A stretch of 64,000 nucleotides of DNA from positions 25,325 to 89,324 of the IMG/VR virus record IMGVR_UViG_3300006735_000020, one strand, 5' to 3'. The translations under genes were made by a program, and so were the position numbers. Origin of the DNA: a virus. The first letter of the stretch is position 1. Each line of letters starts with the position of its first letter. Positions 28,498 to 38,064 of this stretch are shown here, piece after piece. The notes beneath the pieces were generated by a model that worked only from the letters and a program-made list of their open reading frames with translations, searched no databases and had not been told where the DNA came from.

Positions 28498-29286
28498 ATG
28501 GCGGTCGTAGATAAATACCTCAAAAACAGCTTTGCAGGGACTTTGCTTCCTGATGAGTGTGAGCAAAAAAACATTAATGTATTAACTCAAGTACACGAAG
28601 TTTTACAGATGAGATTGTTTTCTTATCTTATAGAACAAGAGTGTATTAAAGATAAAAATGACACTATTAGTATGATTGAGTTAGGTGCTGATGATGGTGA
28701 ATATACTCATATTTTTCGTAAAGTAGTTTCTTTGTTTGATAAAAAAAGCTTTAACATATGTACTGATGCTATGTTACATAGGGTCGAAAGCTTAGAAGAT
28801 AGATTTGAAGGTGAAAATGTAAAGTTATATCATGGATATTCAGGTGTATTCGATAAAAAATCGCATGAAGATGAGGCGGTTCCAGCAGGTTATTTTAGCG
28901 CAAAAAAAATTACAATGCGAGAACTCTTCACAAAAAATAATTTAGATTATTTAAATTTTTTACATATTGATATTCAGGGTGGGGAAGAAGAGTTAATTAC
29001 AGAGATTATTAATGAAGATTTATATGATAAAATAGGTTATTATTTTATTTCTACTCATGATATTGACAGACATTTAAGAGTATTGAGTGCATTAAAAAAT
29101 AATGGTCACGTAGTGTTTGATATAGCAGAGCCAGCGACTGGGTGGGCTTTTGGTGATGGTTTTATTTTAGCTACAAATAAAAAACAATCGTTATCACCAA
29201 GAGATATACCATTAGAATATATGCATTTTAATACTAAATTTAATGATCCTCCAGAAATCCGGGGCATAATACGGTATAATTTATGA
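28498..29286 (+). CDS. FkbM-like SAM-dependent methyltransferase
   Basis: MIELGA, FLHIDIQGGE, FISTH and GDG motifs; own TAAATA. Confidence 0.75.
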   Translation: MAVVDKYLKNSFAGTLLPDECEQKNINVLTQVHEVLQMRLFSYLIEQECIKDKNDTISMIELGADDGEYTHIFRKVVSLFDKKSFNICTDAMLHRVESLEDRFEGENVKLYHGYSGVFDKKSHEDEAVPAGYFSAKKITMRELFTKNNLDYLNFLHIDIQGGEEELITEIINEDLYDKIGYYFISTHDIDRHLRVLSALKNNGHVVFDIAEPATGWAFGDGFILATNKKQSLSPRDIPLEYMHFNTKFNDPPEIRGIIRYNL

Positions 29287-29681
29287 AAGATTTAGGCCAT
29301 TGGAAAGGAATTCTCGAAGAAAGTGTAGAGCTACCTTATGGTTTCATTTATAAGATAACTAATCTTACTAATGACAAAAAGTATATTGGTAAGAAGCAGT
29401 GTCAGTCAATAAGAAAGCGTCCTCCTCTGAAAGGTAAGAAGAATAAACGACATCAAAAAATAGAAACTGACTGGAAGACCTATACTTCCTCATCAAACGA
29501 ACTCAATGAACATATAAGAATACTCGGAAAGGTTAATTTTAAGTTTGAAATCCTTAGATGGTGCGATTCCAAGTGGGAGTTGAGTTATCATGAAACTAGA
29601 TTACAATTTGAAGAAGAGGTATTACTAAGAGATGACTATTACAACGGAATTATCAACGTCAGAATCGGAAGGCGTAAATGA
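29283..29681 (+). CDS. GIY-YIG endonuclease (endonuclease II/DenA-like)
   Basis: GFIYKITN...YIGKK, DWKTY.SSS, F.FEIL and YYNG motifs. Confidence 0.85.
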   Translation: MKDLGHWKGILEESVELPYGFIYKITNLTNDKKYIGKKQCQSIRKRPPLKGKKNKRHQKIETDWKTYTSSSNELNEHIRILGKVNFKFEILRWCDSKWELSYHETRLQFEEEVLLRDDYYNGIINVRIGRRK

Positions 29682-30126
29682 TACCATACGTGGTTTTGAG
29701 TTTATTAACCTTAATAAGTGTCTTAACAAGTCTTTCAATGAATATCTTCTTTATATTACCGAGCATGAGCTAAAATTAACTCGAAAAGAGAAGAATAAGC
29801 TTGGTATACACTTCATTATTAAAGAACTTATAAGTGTATGTTCTAAGACTAGTAATAAGAAATGGTTTTACTACAAGACAGACGGTAAAACAATCGAACA
29901 TACACTGGTTAAGCGTATTTTTAATGCACTACCTACTAATATATCATATAGTGAAGATAGCTTTGATACGTTTTTAGAAGAAAGAGACTACATTTCATTT
30001 AAAAAGAAAGATACATCAGCTGTTTCTTTCTATAAATTTAGACTTTTCCTTCGAAGATACGAATTGCAGCAAATTGAAAGTGAGTTTCTATCTAATATAA
30101 ATATAAAACTCTCACTACTTCCATAA
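29632..30126 (+). CDS. Hypothetical protein
   Basis: ORF filling the gap between genes; start uncertain. Confidence 0.55.
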   Translation: MTITTELSTSESEGVNDTIRGFEFINLNKCLNKSFNEYLLYITEHELKLTRKEKNKLGIHFIIKELISVCSKTSNKKWFYYKTDGKTIEHTLVKRIFNALPTNISYSEDSFDTFLEERDYISFKKKDTSAVSFYKFRLFLRRYELQQIESEFLSNINIKLSLLP

Positions 30127-30134
30127 ATATATAC

Positions 30135-30548
30135 ATGAGTAAGTTTCTAAGACTGGTAGAAGAGAATCGACCAGGTGAAGATAAATATACTGTGGAGTTA
30201 AGAGACGTAAACGGTGAAATAGTCGATTCTTTTGATATGTTTGGCGTGAGTAGCCCTTTCGATATTTTTGATAGCTTTAAGCGAGAGTATGCTCCCGAGA
30301 TTCCCGTAGAAGATCAAGAGGTTACCATGGGAAATAAAAATCCATACGATGTTGATAAGGAAGTTAATAAGTTAGCTAATCAAGCTAAGGGTGGTGTAAT
30401 GGGTAAGATTGCAGGAGCAATGGGAACAGCACCGCAAGAAGCTAAAAAGGCCGTAAAAATGAGATCAGACCTTGCAAAAAAAGCTGTAGAACTATATAAA
30501 CAACAAACTGGTAAGTTATCTAACGCAATTGATGACGCAAAAGTATAA
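30135..30548 (+). CDS. Late protein, putative head internal protein
   Basis: MSKFLRLVEE leader; TAAATA 5 nt upstream. Confidence 0.65.
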   Translation: MSKFLRLVEENRPGEDKYTVELRDVNGEIVDSFDMFGVSSPFDIFDSFKREYAPEIPVEDQEVTMGNKNPYDVDKEVNKLANQAKGGVMGKIAGAMGTAPQEAKKAVKMRSDLAKKAVELYKQQTGKLSNAIDDAKV

Positions 30549-30553
30549 AAATC

Positions 30554-30901
30554 ATGAAAAAGACATTACAATTATTTGAACAATATAAAAGGCTTTATTC
30601 AGAGCAGGATGAGGTAGAAGAAGTCGATGTTGATGTTGATGTCGAAGCTGATGCTACTGATGCAGAGGATATTCCACCGGAGCCTACTGGTATTTCACCT
30701 GAAGGTGAGGTATATGTCGCTGATCTGTTAACTAATGCCTTTATATATGCACCAGCTATGCAAGATATTAACATTGCTGCACAAGTGAATAAAGAATTTG
30801 GTAGGACACAGCCTAGAAAGGTCATTGAAACGATTGAAAGATTGATCGAATTTTCAAATGAAGAGGTTGAACAAGAACTTGAAGACTTAGACGCACAATA
30901 A
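30554..30901 (+). CDS. Acidic late protein
   Basis: MKKTLQLFEQYKRLYSE leader. Confidence 0.65.
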   Translation: MKKTLQLFEQYKRLYSEQDEVEEVDVDVDVEADATDAEDIPPEPTGISPEGEVYVADLLTNAFIYAPAMQDINIAAQVNKEFGRTQPRKVIETIERLIEFSNEEVEQELEDLDAQ

Positions 30902-30902
30902 C

Positions 30903-32294
30903 ATGCAGTGGTCATTAGAAGACATTTATAAAAAGCAGGTACGTGGTATTATTCCACCGCGTAGACATCTTCGCGTATTGGGTGAAAAGTTTAATTTAGA
31001 GGATGCGCCGGGGCTTGAACGTGTAAGAAAAGAGTTAAGCGGGGAAACGCCTATAAGAGCTAATTTATCGTTTATTGGTAAGCAAATTAATAGTAAAGAG
31101 GATATTGAGAAGTTGAATTTAGATCCAGAGATGGAAGAATATCTTAAGAAGACTCTATCGTATTGTTTAACACTTCCGGAAGAGGACCGTGAGGCTTGCT
31201 GGCAGGAATTAGCAGGGAAGGTTAAAACACATCCTATTGATAATATACTTACAAGATATCTTGTGTCAAGAGATTGGCCGAGTGTTTCTGCAGGTAAATA
31301 TGCAGGTGAGTTAGTTAAATTACTTACTAAGGATGTAGATGATATGAGAGGATTTAGTACAAAAGATCTAGAGGATTATATTGAGGGAAATATAGCTAAA
31401 CCTAATTTTGGTACTGAAACAAAAGGCAATCTTGTAACTGACTTAGGTAAGATTAAAGTACCTAGTGATTTTGTATATAAACTTATGCAGCATAAGACTC
31501 AGGATGAAAAAATAAGAGGAGTTGGAATGGGTGAGCTTGCGATGACTATATTCTTTGATAATGTTAAAGCAGCGACAGGTAAAGGAGATTTAAGTATAGA
31601 CGATCAGGAATTAGAAATTAAGGGGCATGGAGCAGCTTTAGGGGCAACTGGGGATCAAAGATTAGATATTAGGGAGTTGGTTAAAAAACCTTTAGAAGCG
31701 GGAGGGTTAGGTATTGGTTATAAGGATGTTTTAGCAAAAACAGGTAAGTTAAGGTTCACAGGACCGACTTATGGTGGTAAGATTTACAATGCTGCAAATT
31801 TTGCACAAGCTATTGCAGATGCGTACGCGGATGCGCGCGATAAAAAGAGATTTAAAGATAACTTTTGGACTATTATAGAGAAAAACTTTAACTCTGGTCA
31901 AAAAGGTGAAATGGGTAACGAACAAGATGTTAAGAGGGTATATGATGAGATAGATTTGACGAGTGCAGACGATATTAATAGTACTATAGCATTAATGAAT
32001 TTTGTTAGATATATTAGTAAAGAGGAGGTTAATCACTTTATGGTGCATGATTTTGGATCTAGAGGGAAGATTGCAAAAACAACTGGGGATTATGGACCGA
32101 GTACACCAGCGAATAGAGGAGATTATATTTACGTACACGGTGAGCCTCTAGAAATGGCACAACAATTAAGTGAGCTAGGAGAGAAAGTTGGATTTGAGCG
32201 TATACAGCTTAATAACTTAAGGCCACGGATAGGGTTACCAATGCACGGTGGAGGGTTCTACGGAGCTCCAACTGTATTAAAAGACAAATATTAA
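30903..32294 (+). CDS. Putative PD-(D/E)xK nuclease
   Basis: GVGMGE...KGDL..DDQELEIKG catalytic-like pattern. Confidence 0.55.
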   Translation: MQWSLEDIYKKQVRGIIPPRRHLRVLGEKFNLEDAPGLERVRKELSGETPIRANLSFIGKQINSKEDIEKLNLDPEMEEYLKKTLSYCLTLPEEDREACWQELAGKVKTHPIDNILTRYLVSRDWPSVSAGKYAGELVKLLTKDVDDMRGFSTKDLEDYIEGNIAKPNFGTETKGNLVTDLGKIKVPSDFVYKLMQHKTQDEKIRGVGMGELAMTIFFDNVKAATGKGDLSIDDQELEIKGHGAALGATGDQRLDIRELVKKPLEAGGLGIGYKDVLAKTGKLRFTGPTYGGKIYNAANFAQAIADAYADARDKKRFKDNFWTIIEKNFNSGQKGEMGNEQDVKRVYDEIDLTSADDINSTIALMNFVRYISKEEVNHFMVHDFGSRGKIAKTTGDYGPSTPANRGDYIYVHGEPLEMAQQLSELGEKVGFERIQLNNLRPRIGLPMHGGGFYGAPTVLKDKY

Positions 32295-32297
32295 AAA

Positions 32298-33506
32298 ATG
32301 AAAAAATTTAAACTATATTTCGAAGATTACTTAGAGCTCCTTGAAGAGGGTAAGGCTAATACACATCTCACACACTTAGAAGAACTAATTCTTACTAAAG
32401 GTAAGGGTGGTTATGATCAAGCTAAGGGCTTTTTAGTTAATTTACTCGGTCATTTACAGGGAAAGAGTAAGAGAAAGATCGGTACTACAGTAAAATGGGA
32501 CGGTGCGCCTGCTATCTTCGCTGGAAAGCACCCTGATACCGGTAAATTCTTTGTTGGTACTAAGTCTATCTTTAATAGAGATCCTAAAATTAACTATAAT
32601 GAGCAAGATGTTGAAATAAATCACGGGCATTCACCTGGTTTAGCAGATAAGCTTAAAAAAGCTCTTAAGCATTTACCTAAATTAGGTATCAAAAACATAA
32701 TGCAAGGTGATTTCATGTTTGACTCTTCATCAGTTAAGAAAGAGAACATCGACGGTGAGGTACATTATACCTTTCAACCAAATACAATTAAGTATGCAGT
32801 AGAAGCTGACTCAGATTTAGGTAAACAGATAGCTAACTCCGTGTTTGGTATTATATTCCACACTGAATATGATGGATTGGACAGCCCTGCATCATTTGGT
32901 GCTAAGGTTAACCGGTTGAATAAGGTGCCCGGTGTTTGGTTTGATGATGCTTTCTTTAAAGACGATACTGGCATTGTAAATTTAACAGATGATGAGGTAA
33001 AACAGGTTAGAGACTTAATTAAGACCGCTGATTCAATTAAAGTAGATTATAAAGACCTACCTTCCGACCTACTCAACCCTTATATCAATACAGAAATTAG
33101 AGAAGGTAAGTTCTTAAATGATCCAGAAGAATCTTATAGGAACTTTATTGAGTGGTATACTACTAGAATTAAAAAAGAAATAGATAAAAGAAAATCTGTA
33201 CGTGGTAAACAGAAATTAGAAGAGACACTTAAGCAAAAGACGGCTCAGTTTGAATCACAAAAGAGTGATATAGTTAATTTGTTTAAGGTTAGTAGTTTGT
33301 TGTCGCAGGCTAAACAGATCTTTATTAACAAGTATAATAATGCTGTATATAACACTAAACACTTCATTGATGAAGGTGAGGGTGTGCTGAGGGTCACTGC
33401 TCCTGAGGGATATGTAGCAGTTGATAGAGATGGTAATGCTGTTAAGCTTGTTAACAGATTAGATTTTAGTTCAGCTAACTTTCAAAAAGATAAACCTGGG
33501 TCATGA
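32298..33506 (+). CDS. DUF6267-like protein with ligase-type nucleotidyltransferase motifs
   Basis: NTHLTHLEE, TVKWDGAPA (KxDG), QGDFMF, PEGYV and VKLVNRLDFS.ANF motifs. Confidence 0.75.
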   Translation: MKKFKLYFEDYLELLEEGKANTHLTHLEELILTKGKGGYDQAKGFLVNLLGHLQGKSKRKIGTTVKWDGAPAIFAGKHPDTGKFFVGTKSIFNRDPKINYNEQDVEINHGHSPGLADKLKKALKHLPKLGIKNIMQGDFMFDSSSVKKENIDGEVHYTFQPNTIKYAVEADSDLGKQIANSVFGIIFHTEYDGLDSPASFGAKVNRLNKVPGVWFDDAFFKDDTGIVNLTDDEVKQVRDLIKTADSIKVDYKDLPSDLLNPYINTEIREGKFLNDPEESYRNFIEWYTTRIKKEIDKRKSVRGKQKLEETLKQKTAQFESQKSDIVNLFKVSSLLSQAKQIFINKYNNAVYNTKHFIDEGEGVLRVTAPEGYVAVDRDGNAVKLVNRLDFSSANFQKDKPGS

Positions 33507-34042
33507 GAACATTTAGAGAATATTTTGAAGATATGGAGACAAGAGTTGAGCGAATCGCTCTTCTCCCCGGTGGTTTTAAGCCCCCTACAAAGGGTCACTT
33601 TAATGCTTTAAGGTATTTGCTTGATGATGCTGATAAGGGTATTGTTTTTATTGGTGGTAAGGCGCGTGAGGGTATCACACCAGAGCAATCAGAGAAGATA
33701 TGGAACATATATGCAAAATATTTTGATAAGCCTGTAGAGGTTGTGCATGTACCAAACCCAGTAAGGGCGGTTTATGACTTTGCTGACGAACATTTAGACA
33801 GTACATTACTTGTTGGTGCTGGTGAAAAGGATGAAGATGTTAAGCGTTACAAATATTTTATAGATAATGTTGAAAAGTATCCATATGTTAATGTAGTTAA
33901 GATACCAATGCAAGAAGGTGGTATATCTGGTAGTGAAACAAGAGAGATGATACAAAAAAATATTGACGAGTCGTTAGATTACTTTGTACCTGAAGAGATA
34001 TCCATTGAAGATAGAGATCAAATAAAAGCAATATTGGTATAA
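33503..34042 (+). CDS. HxGH cytidyltransferase-like nucleotidyltransferase
   Basis: PGGFKPPTKGH and ISGSETR motifs. Confidence 0.85.
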   Translation: MRTFREYFEDMETRVERIALLPGGFKPPTKGHFNALRYLLDDADKGIVFIGGKAREGITPEQSEKIWNIYAKYFDKPVEVVHVPNPVRAVYDFADEHLDSTLLVGAGEKDEDVKRYKYFIDNVEKYPYVNVVKIPMQEGGISGSETREMIQKNIDESLDYFVPEEISIEDRDQIKAILV

Positions 34043-34050
34043 ATAATATT

Positions 34051-34470
34051 ATGAGAGATAAGAAACGTAAAGAGAAAGCTATGCTTGAAGAAGCGTACGG
34101 AAGGGTCAACGAGATGTTAGGACCTCATAATAACCCTTATCCTCAAGAGATGACAATAGCAGTGCCTGTACCAGCAGAAGATGAAAGCTGTGGAGAGTAT
34201 GATCAATCAGAAATCGATATGGCTGGTAGAGACCTTCTCAAAGCTCAAGAGTACGCAGCTAAGTTAACCGCTATGGTACAGCAGGTTCCAGGTTTAGATG
34301 GATGGGTTTCCGCTAAGATAACAAAAGCTTCAGATTATCTTTCTTCTGTATACCATTTTCTCGATTATGAGCTACGTGAAAAGCCACAGGAGGCAGTGAT
34401 AGACGTAGAGGAGATTGAAGCTCCTGTAGAAGTCTTCAATGTTGGGTATGAAGAAGCAGAAAACACTTGA
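34051..34470 (+). CDS. Late protein, putative head internal protein
   Basis: TATAAATA at 34038-34045; MLEEAY leader; WVSAKITKASDYLSSVYHFLDYE module. Confidence 0.7.
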   Translation: MRDKKRKEKAMLEEAYGRVNEMLGPHNNPYPQEMTIAVPVPAEDESCGEYDQSEIDMAGRDLLKAQEYAAKLTAMVQQVPGLDGWVSAKITKASDYLSSVYHFLDYELREKPQEAVIDVEEIEAPVEVFNVGYEEAENT

Positions 34471-34494
34471 CCTCATTCTTAGATAACAGTTGTT

Positions 34495-34935
34495 ATGAAA
34501 AAATTTAATCAATTCTTCCTCGAAAAACAAGTTTTAGGACTCATCGAGTTCTTTGACGTAGATGGTATTGGTAAGATACCATCAAAGCTTGACTCCGGTA
34601 ACGGAGCATTTAACGTTATACATGGGGAAGATATACAAGTACAGGGTAATAAAGTGCTTTTTAAGACAGTTAACAATCAACATCTTATGAAAGATAAGGT
34701 GGACGACATTGTTATTAACGTTGGTGCTGGTAATACAGAAGAAAGACCTGTAGTTAACTTTGATCTTAAGATTGGTAATAAAGAATTTAAAGATATACCC
34801 TTTTCAATTGGTAATAGATCTTCTAACCTATTTAAAATCTTAGTAAGTAAAGATTTTATTGAAAAAGAGCTTGATGCTCTTATCGATGTTAGTCAAGAAA
34901 ACATCGCTGATAGTGAAATTGAAGCTACTTATTAA
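34495..34935 (+). CDS. Retropepsin-like (RimK-associated Zn_protease family) protease
   Basis: KLDSGNG (D-S-G catalytic), EERPVV and FSIGNRS motifs; MKKFNQFFLE leader. Confidence 0.8.
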   Translation: MKKFNQFFLEKQVLGLIEFFDVDGIGKIPSKLDSGNGAFNVIHGEDIQVQGNKVLFKTVNNQHLMKDKVDDIVINVGAGNTEERPVVNFDLKIGNKEFKDIPFSIGNRSSNLFKILVSKDFIEKELDALIDVSQENIADSEIEATY

Positions 34936-35462
34936 TACCAAGTAGGCTTCCAACGTAACGTCCAAGTAGCAAAGTCTTTATCATGACGAATATACTCTCT
35001 ATATTTGTCAATGGTTGAAAGATTATTAAAATCTTTTACCTTTCTACAATCACAATCGTCACTAATAGCTACTGCATAATTAGTTAGACCGGTTTTATTC
35101 ATAATAGTATTATGAATATTCTTACCGCACCATTCAATAAACGTTTTTGTAAAATGCTCGTTTGATTCAGGCCATCTATACATACGCTCAGTAAACATTT
35201 CCAATGTATGATCAACTAACCACTTAAAGTTATCTTTAGTTTCGCGAGCCCATATAGAGCATTGATGATTAAAGTACCCTTTACCTCTTCTTCGAGGTTT
35301 ACCGGTAGAAGTTCTTGGAGTAGATGGATGATCTAATACTTCTTGAGGAAATGCATGAGCTAACATAATAGCCCCTTCAATTTGCATCTTTGATCTTACG
35401 TGTTGATCACAGAGATTATAAGTAGAGACGATAGGATCGTCATCCGTTACAAAAATATTCAT
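34932..35462 (-). CDS. Pyrimidine-dimer DNA glycosylase-like protein
   Basis: MNIFVTD.DP, CDQHV.KM.IE, NH.CSIWAR and YR.Y..DK motifs. Confidence 0.8.
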   Translation of the reverse strand: MNIFVTDDDPIVSTYNLCDQHVRSKMQIEGAIMLAHAFPQEVLDHPSTPRTSTGKPRRRGKGYFNHQCSIWARETKDNFKWLVDHTLEMFTERMYRWPESNEHFTKTFIEWCGKNIHNTIMNKTGLTNYAVAISDDCDCRKVKDFNNLSTIDKYREYIRHDKDFATWTLRWKPTWY

Positions 35463-35484
35463 TCCTTTATTGTAAAGTCGTTCC

Positions 35485-36534
35485 TTACCTTAATCCAGTC
35501 GACTCAAAAACATCTCTAGTAACACCAGCTTTAAAGCCTCCTTCAATACCTTTTACAATAACTGATACAGCATTATGACTATGCAAACTCTCATTATGAG
35601 AAGCTACAATCTTAAAGTCTAAGATACGGGATTCGTTAGTAAGCTTTTCATATAACAGTCTCACAGCGTCTTCCACGAACTTTAAGTAAGCACCATTCTT
35701 TTCAGCAAATGCTTGCTCATCTTCTCGCTTAACCATAACTTGTGTCTCAGTTTGTAGAGCATCGAGACATAATTCTTGAATATCTTCAATCCAAAGCATA
35801 TCTTCAAACTTTACACTTACACGAGCAACGCTTCTCTGACTATGAGGTACAGTAGCTCTATTACGATACTTCTCAGCATGCTCACTTAATTCAAAGCTAC
35901 AAGGACAGGCAGAAGAATAAACAAAATCAAAATGAATATACTTCTTAAATTCACCCTCTTTAGTTAAGTCACCTTCAAATACCACATCATAGTATTGATA
36001 ACCTTCTAGACCACTACGTAAGCTTTTTTGTTTAATAGGGTAAGAAATTTTAAGCATTATTCTTGAGTCAAAACACTTGAGATTATTTTTATAAGTCTCT
36101 AAAACGTCTTTAATCTTATCAATACTAAATGTCTCATCCTTATGATCGTAAAAACTTCTCATAATACGTGACATATTAATGCCTTTCTTATGAGCTTCTA
36201 AACTAACACTACCAGTAACACTCGTTTCTAGTTCAATAGTCTTACCATTTCTCTTTTTATAAGTCAAAGGCAGTTTAAAGTTATGAATACCTACTTGCTG
36301 AATAGGAACTGCCGCACCTTGAATTAAGCTAGATGGTCCATTTTGCAGATCAGGTAAAGAAGATATATACTCTTTAGTAGCGACGACGTTTTTATCATAA
36401 ACTCGAATAGGAGGAAAATAACTACTGCTATATTCTTCACCCATTATTTTTTTTGCAATAACATCTTTTTCGCCAGTAAGTTCATCATCCTCTCCTAGCC
36501 ACTCATAATTAGAATCTTTTTTACTTTTACTCAT
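35485..36534 (-). CDS. folE2: GTP cyclohydrolase I type B (FolE2)
   Basis: LPDLQ, VGI, KGINMSR, SACPCS, PHSQRS, VKREDE, FVEDAVR and ESLHSHNA motifs. Confidence 0.93.
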   Translation of the reverse strand: MSKSKKDSNYEWLGEDDELTGEKDVIAKKIMGEEYSSSYFPPIRVYDKNVVATKEYISSLPDLQNGPSSLIQGAAVPIQQVGIHNFKLPLTYKKRNGKTIELETSVTGSVSLEAHKKGINMSRIMRSFYDHKDETFSIDKIKDVLETYKNNLKCFDSRIMLKISYPIKQKSLRSGLEGYQYYDVVFEGDLTKEGEFKKYIHFDFVYSSACPCSFELSEHAEKYRNRATVPHSQRSVARVSVKFEDMLWIEDIQELCLDALQTETQVMVKREDEQAFAEKNGAYLKFVEDAVRLLYEKLTNESRILDFKIVASHNESLHSHNAVSVIVKGIEGGFKAGVTRDVFESTGLR

Positions 36535-36588
36535 TTATATGATACTATTATAACTACAATATTTGATTTTCAAGACTAAATATTGTAT

Positions 36589-38010
36589 ATGGCGAAAATG
36601 TCACAAAAAGAACTGGTTGAAGAAGGTTTTTCAGATAAGATACGTGGTATAGCGAAAGCGGTTAAAACCGGTGTTAAGCAAGCTGCTCAGCAAGGTGTAA
36701 ATTTAGATACCGGTCAGCTAACTACGGGGATGTATAAGTCTTATAAAGGCGAGCAACCAGTAGCGTTCCTTAAGAAAGCTCTAGAGAATGACAAAGAGAT
36801 TGGGATAGTTAAAATTGACAAGAGTAATATTAAAAAACAACAAGCAAGTGGTAAGAAGGGTTACCTAGGTCGAATTGTTGGACCGAAAACAGTAACTTTA
36901 ATTCCATTCGAAGGTACTTTATATAATAAGAAGGAGAGGCGTTATGAGGGACCTGGAGCTGGTACTTCACCTCCACCTGATGCTGTAAATGCGGAGCTTA
37001 AAAATGAAAAGACAGCATATATGGGTGATTCAAGAGGTGAAAGAGGTAAGTACAGACCGGTAAGTGAGAAGGGATCAGTAAAAAAACGACTGTTGGGAGC
37101 TCTAACCAAGATAGGTATAGATGATCAATCGGCAAAAGAGTTCGCTTTATATTTAAGTAAAAATATGAAACGAGTTCTCGCAGGGATACAGAAAACAAGA
37201 GCTGGACGTGGTTATGATTTTACGTTTGATCCTGATGCAGCACTCGGTGTAACTAAGACAACAAAGAAGGCTCCGAAGTTTCCTAGAGCGGGAGGTGTTG
37301 CCGAGGGTCCTACTGTGCAAGAGTTACAAGATAACCCTCCTAAAACAAAAAAGTTAGTTATACCAGAAGGTTTTACTTTAAGAGATATTATTCAGTTATC
37401 TAAAAAGGTTTTGCTTTTTGAAGAGCCAGGGGATGACTTTTCTGAATATAAAAAAATGGGCCCTGCTAAATTTATTGCTAATTTATCTGATGAACAAATG
37501 GAATCCTTGTTAAAGGATATTCAAGAGATACAGCCTGGATTAGACGTGCAATTTAAATTAAAAGCATCACAAGACTATCTTGATAGAAAAGAGAAAGAAG
37601 AGACTGGTCCGAAATCAGACTATCAAGGTGAAACAGGGATGTTTGTAGCAGAAATATTTAGAACGAAAGATGGATTACAGCTTGGCGATATATATAGACA
37701 AGAAGATCCAACAGACGTTGTTAGAGGCGCGCAACAAAGTAAGAGTAAAGAAGAAGTTAAACTGTCCCCATTTGATAAAACTGTAGAAACCTTAAAAACT
37801 AAGAATAATCTTAAAGCTAACACGCTAGTATCTGCAATCAAAGAAATTAATGATGTTAATATAATAACTAATATTACCGGTGGCAAGGAAGGGGATAGAT
37901 TATCTGATGATGATATAGTAAAAATTAAAAACGAGTTAATTAAGCAAAAGATCATTAAAGAAAAAAGTTCTCAAAAAATCCTGCTTCGACAGTTGACTTC
38001 GCTTTCCTAA
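36589..38010 (+). CDS. Large late protein, putative head internal protein
   Basis: Start moved to ATG 36589, 6 nt after TAAATA (36577-36582); SQKELVEEG leader. Confidence 0.7.
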   Translation: MAKMSQKELVEEGFSDKIRGIAKAVKTGVKQAAQQGVNLDTGQLTTGMYKSYKGEQPVAFLKKALENDKEIGIVKIDKSNIKKQQASGKKGYLGRIVGPKTVTLIPFEGTLYNKKERRYEGPGAGTSPPPDAVNAELKNEKTAYMGDSRGERGKYRPVSEKGSVKKRLLGALTKIGIDDQSAKEFALYLSKNMKRVLAGIQKTRAGRGYDFTFDPDAALGVTKTTKKAPKFPRAGGVAEGPTVQELQDNPPKTKKLVIPEGFTLRDIIQLSKKVLLFEEPGDDFSEYKKMGPAKFIANLSDEQMESLLKDIQEIQPGLDVQFKLKASQDYLDRKEKEETGPKSDYQGETGMFVAEIFRTKDGLQLGDIYRQEDPTDVVRGAQQSKSKEEVKLSPFDKTVETLKTKNNLKANTLVSAIKEINDVNIITNITGGKEGDRLSDDDIVKIKNELIKQKIIKEKSSQKILLRQLTSLS

Positions 38011-38064
38011 TAATTAATTAACCGAGACCAGACGAGGGAAAGCCTTTTAAATTCACCTCTGCAG

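Noticed and set aside
27346-28574. Multiple overlapping alternative-frame ORFs in the basic-protein cluster (similar shadow ORFs occur throughout the window)
   Set aside because: They are antisense or frame-shifted shadows of well-supported genes, with no promoters or recognisable motifs.
29283-29681. GIY-YIG ORF as a mobile homing endonuclease
   Set aside because: It is short, has no NUMOD/HTH DNA-binding tail and no intron context; it fits EndoII/DenA-like core nucleases better.
38011-38064. GC-richer stretch upstream of queD as a preQ1 riboswitch
   Set aside because: It has only a weak GAGG/CCTC pairing, lacks the preQ1-I loop and A-rich tail, and lies upstream of the predicted queD promoter.
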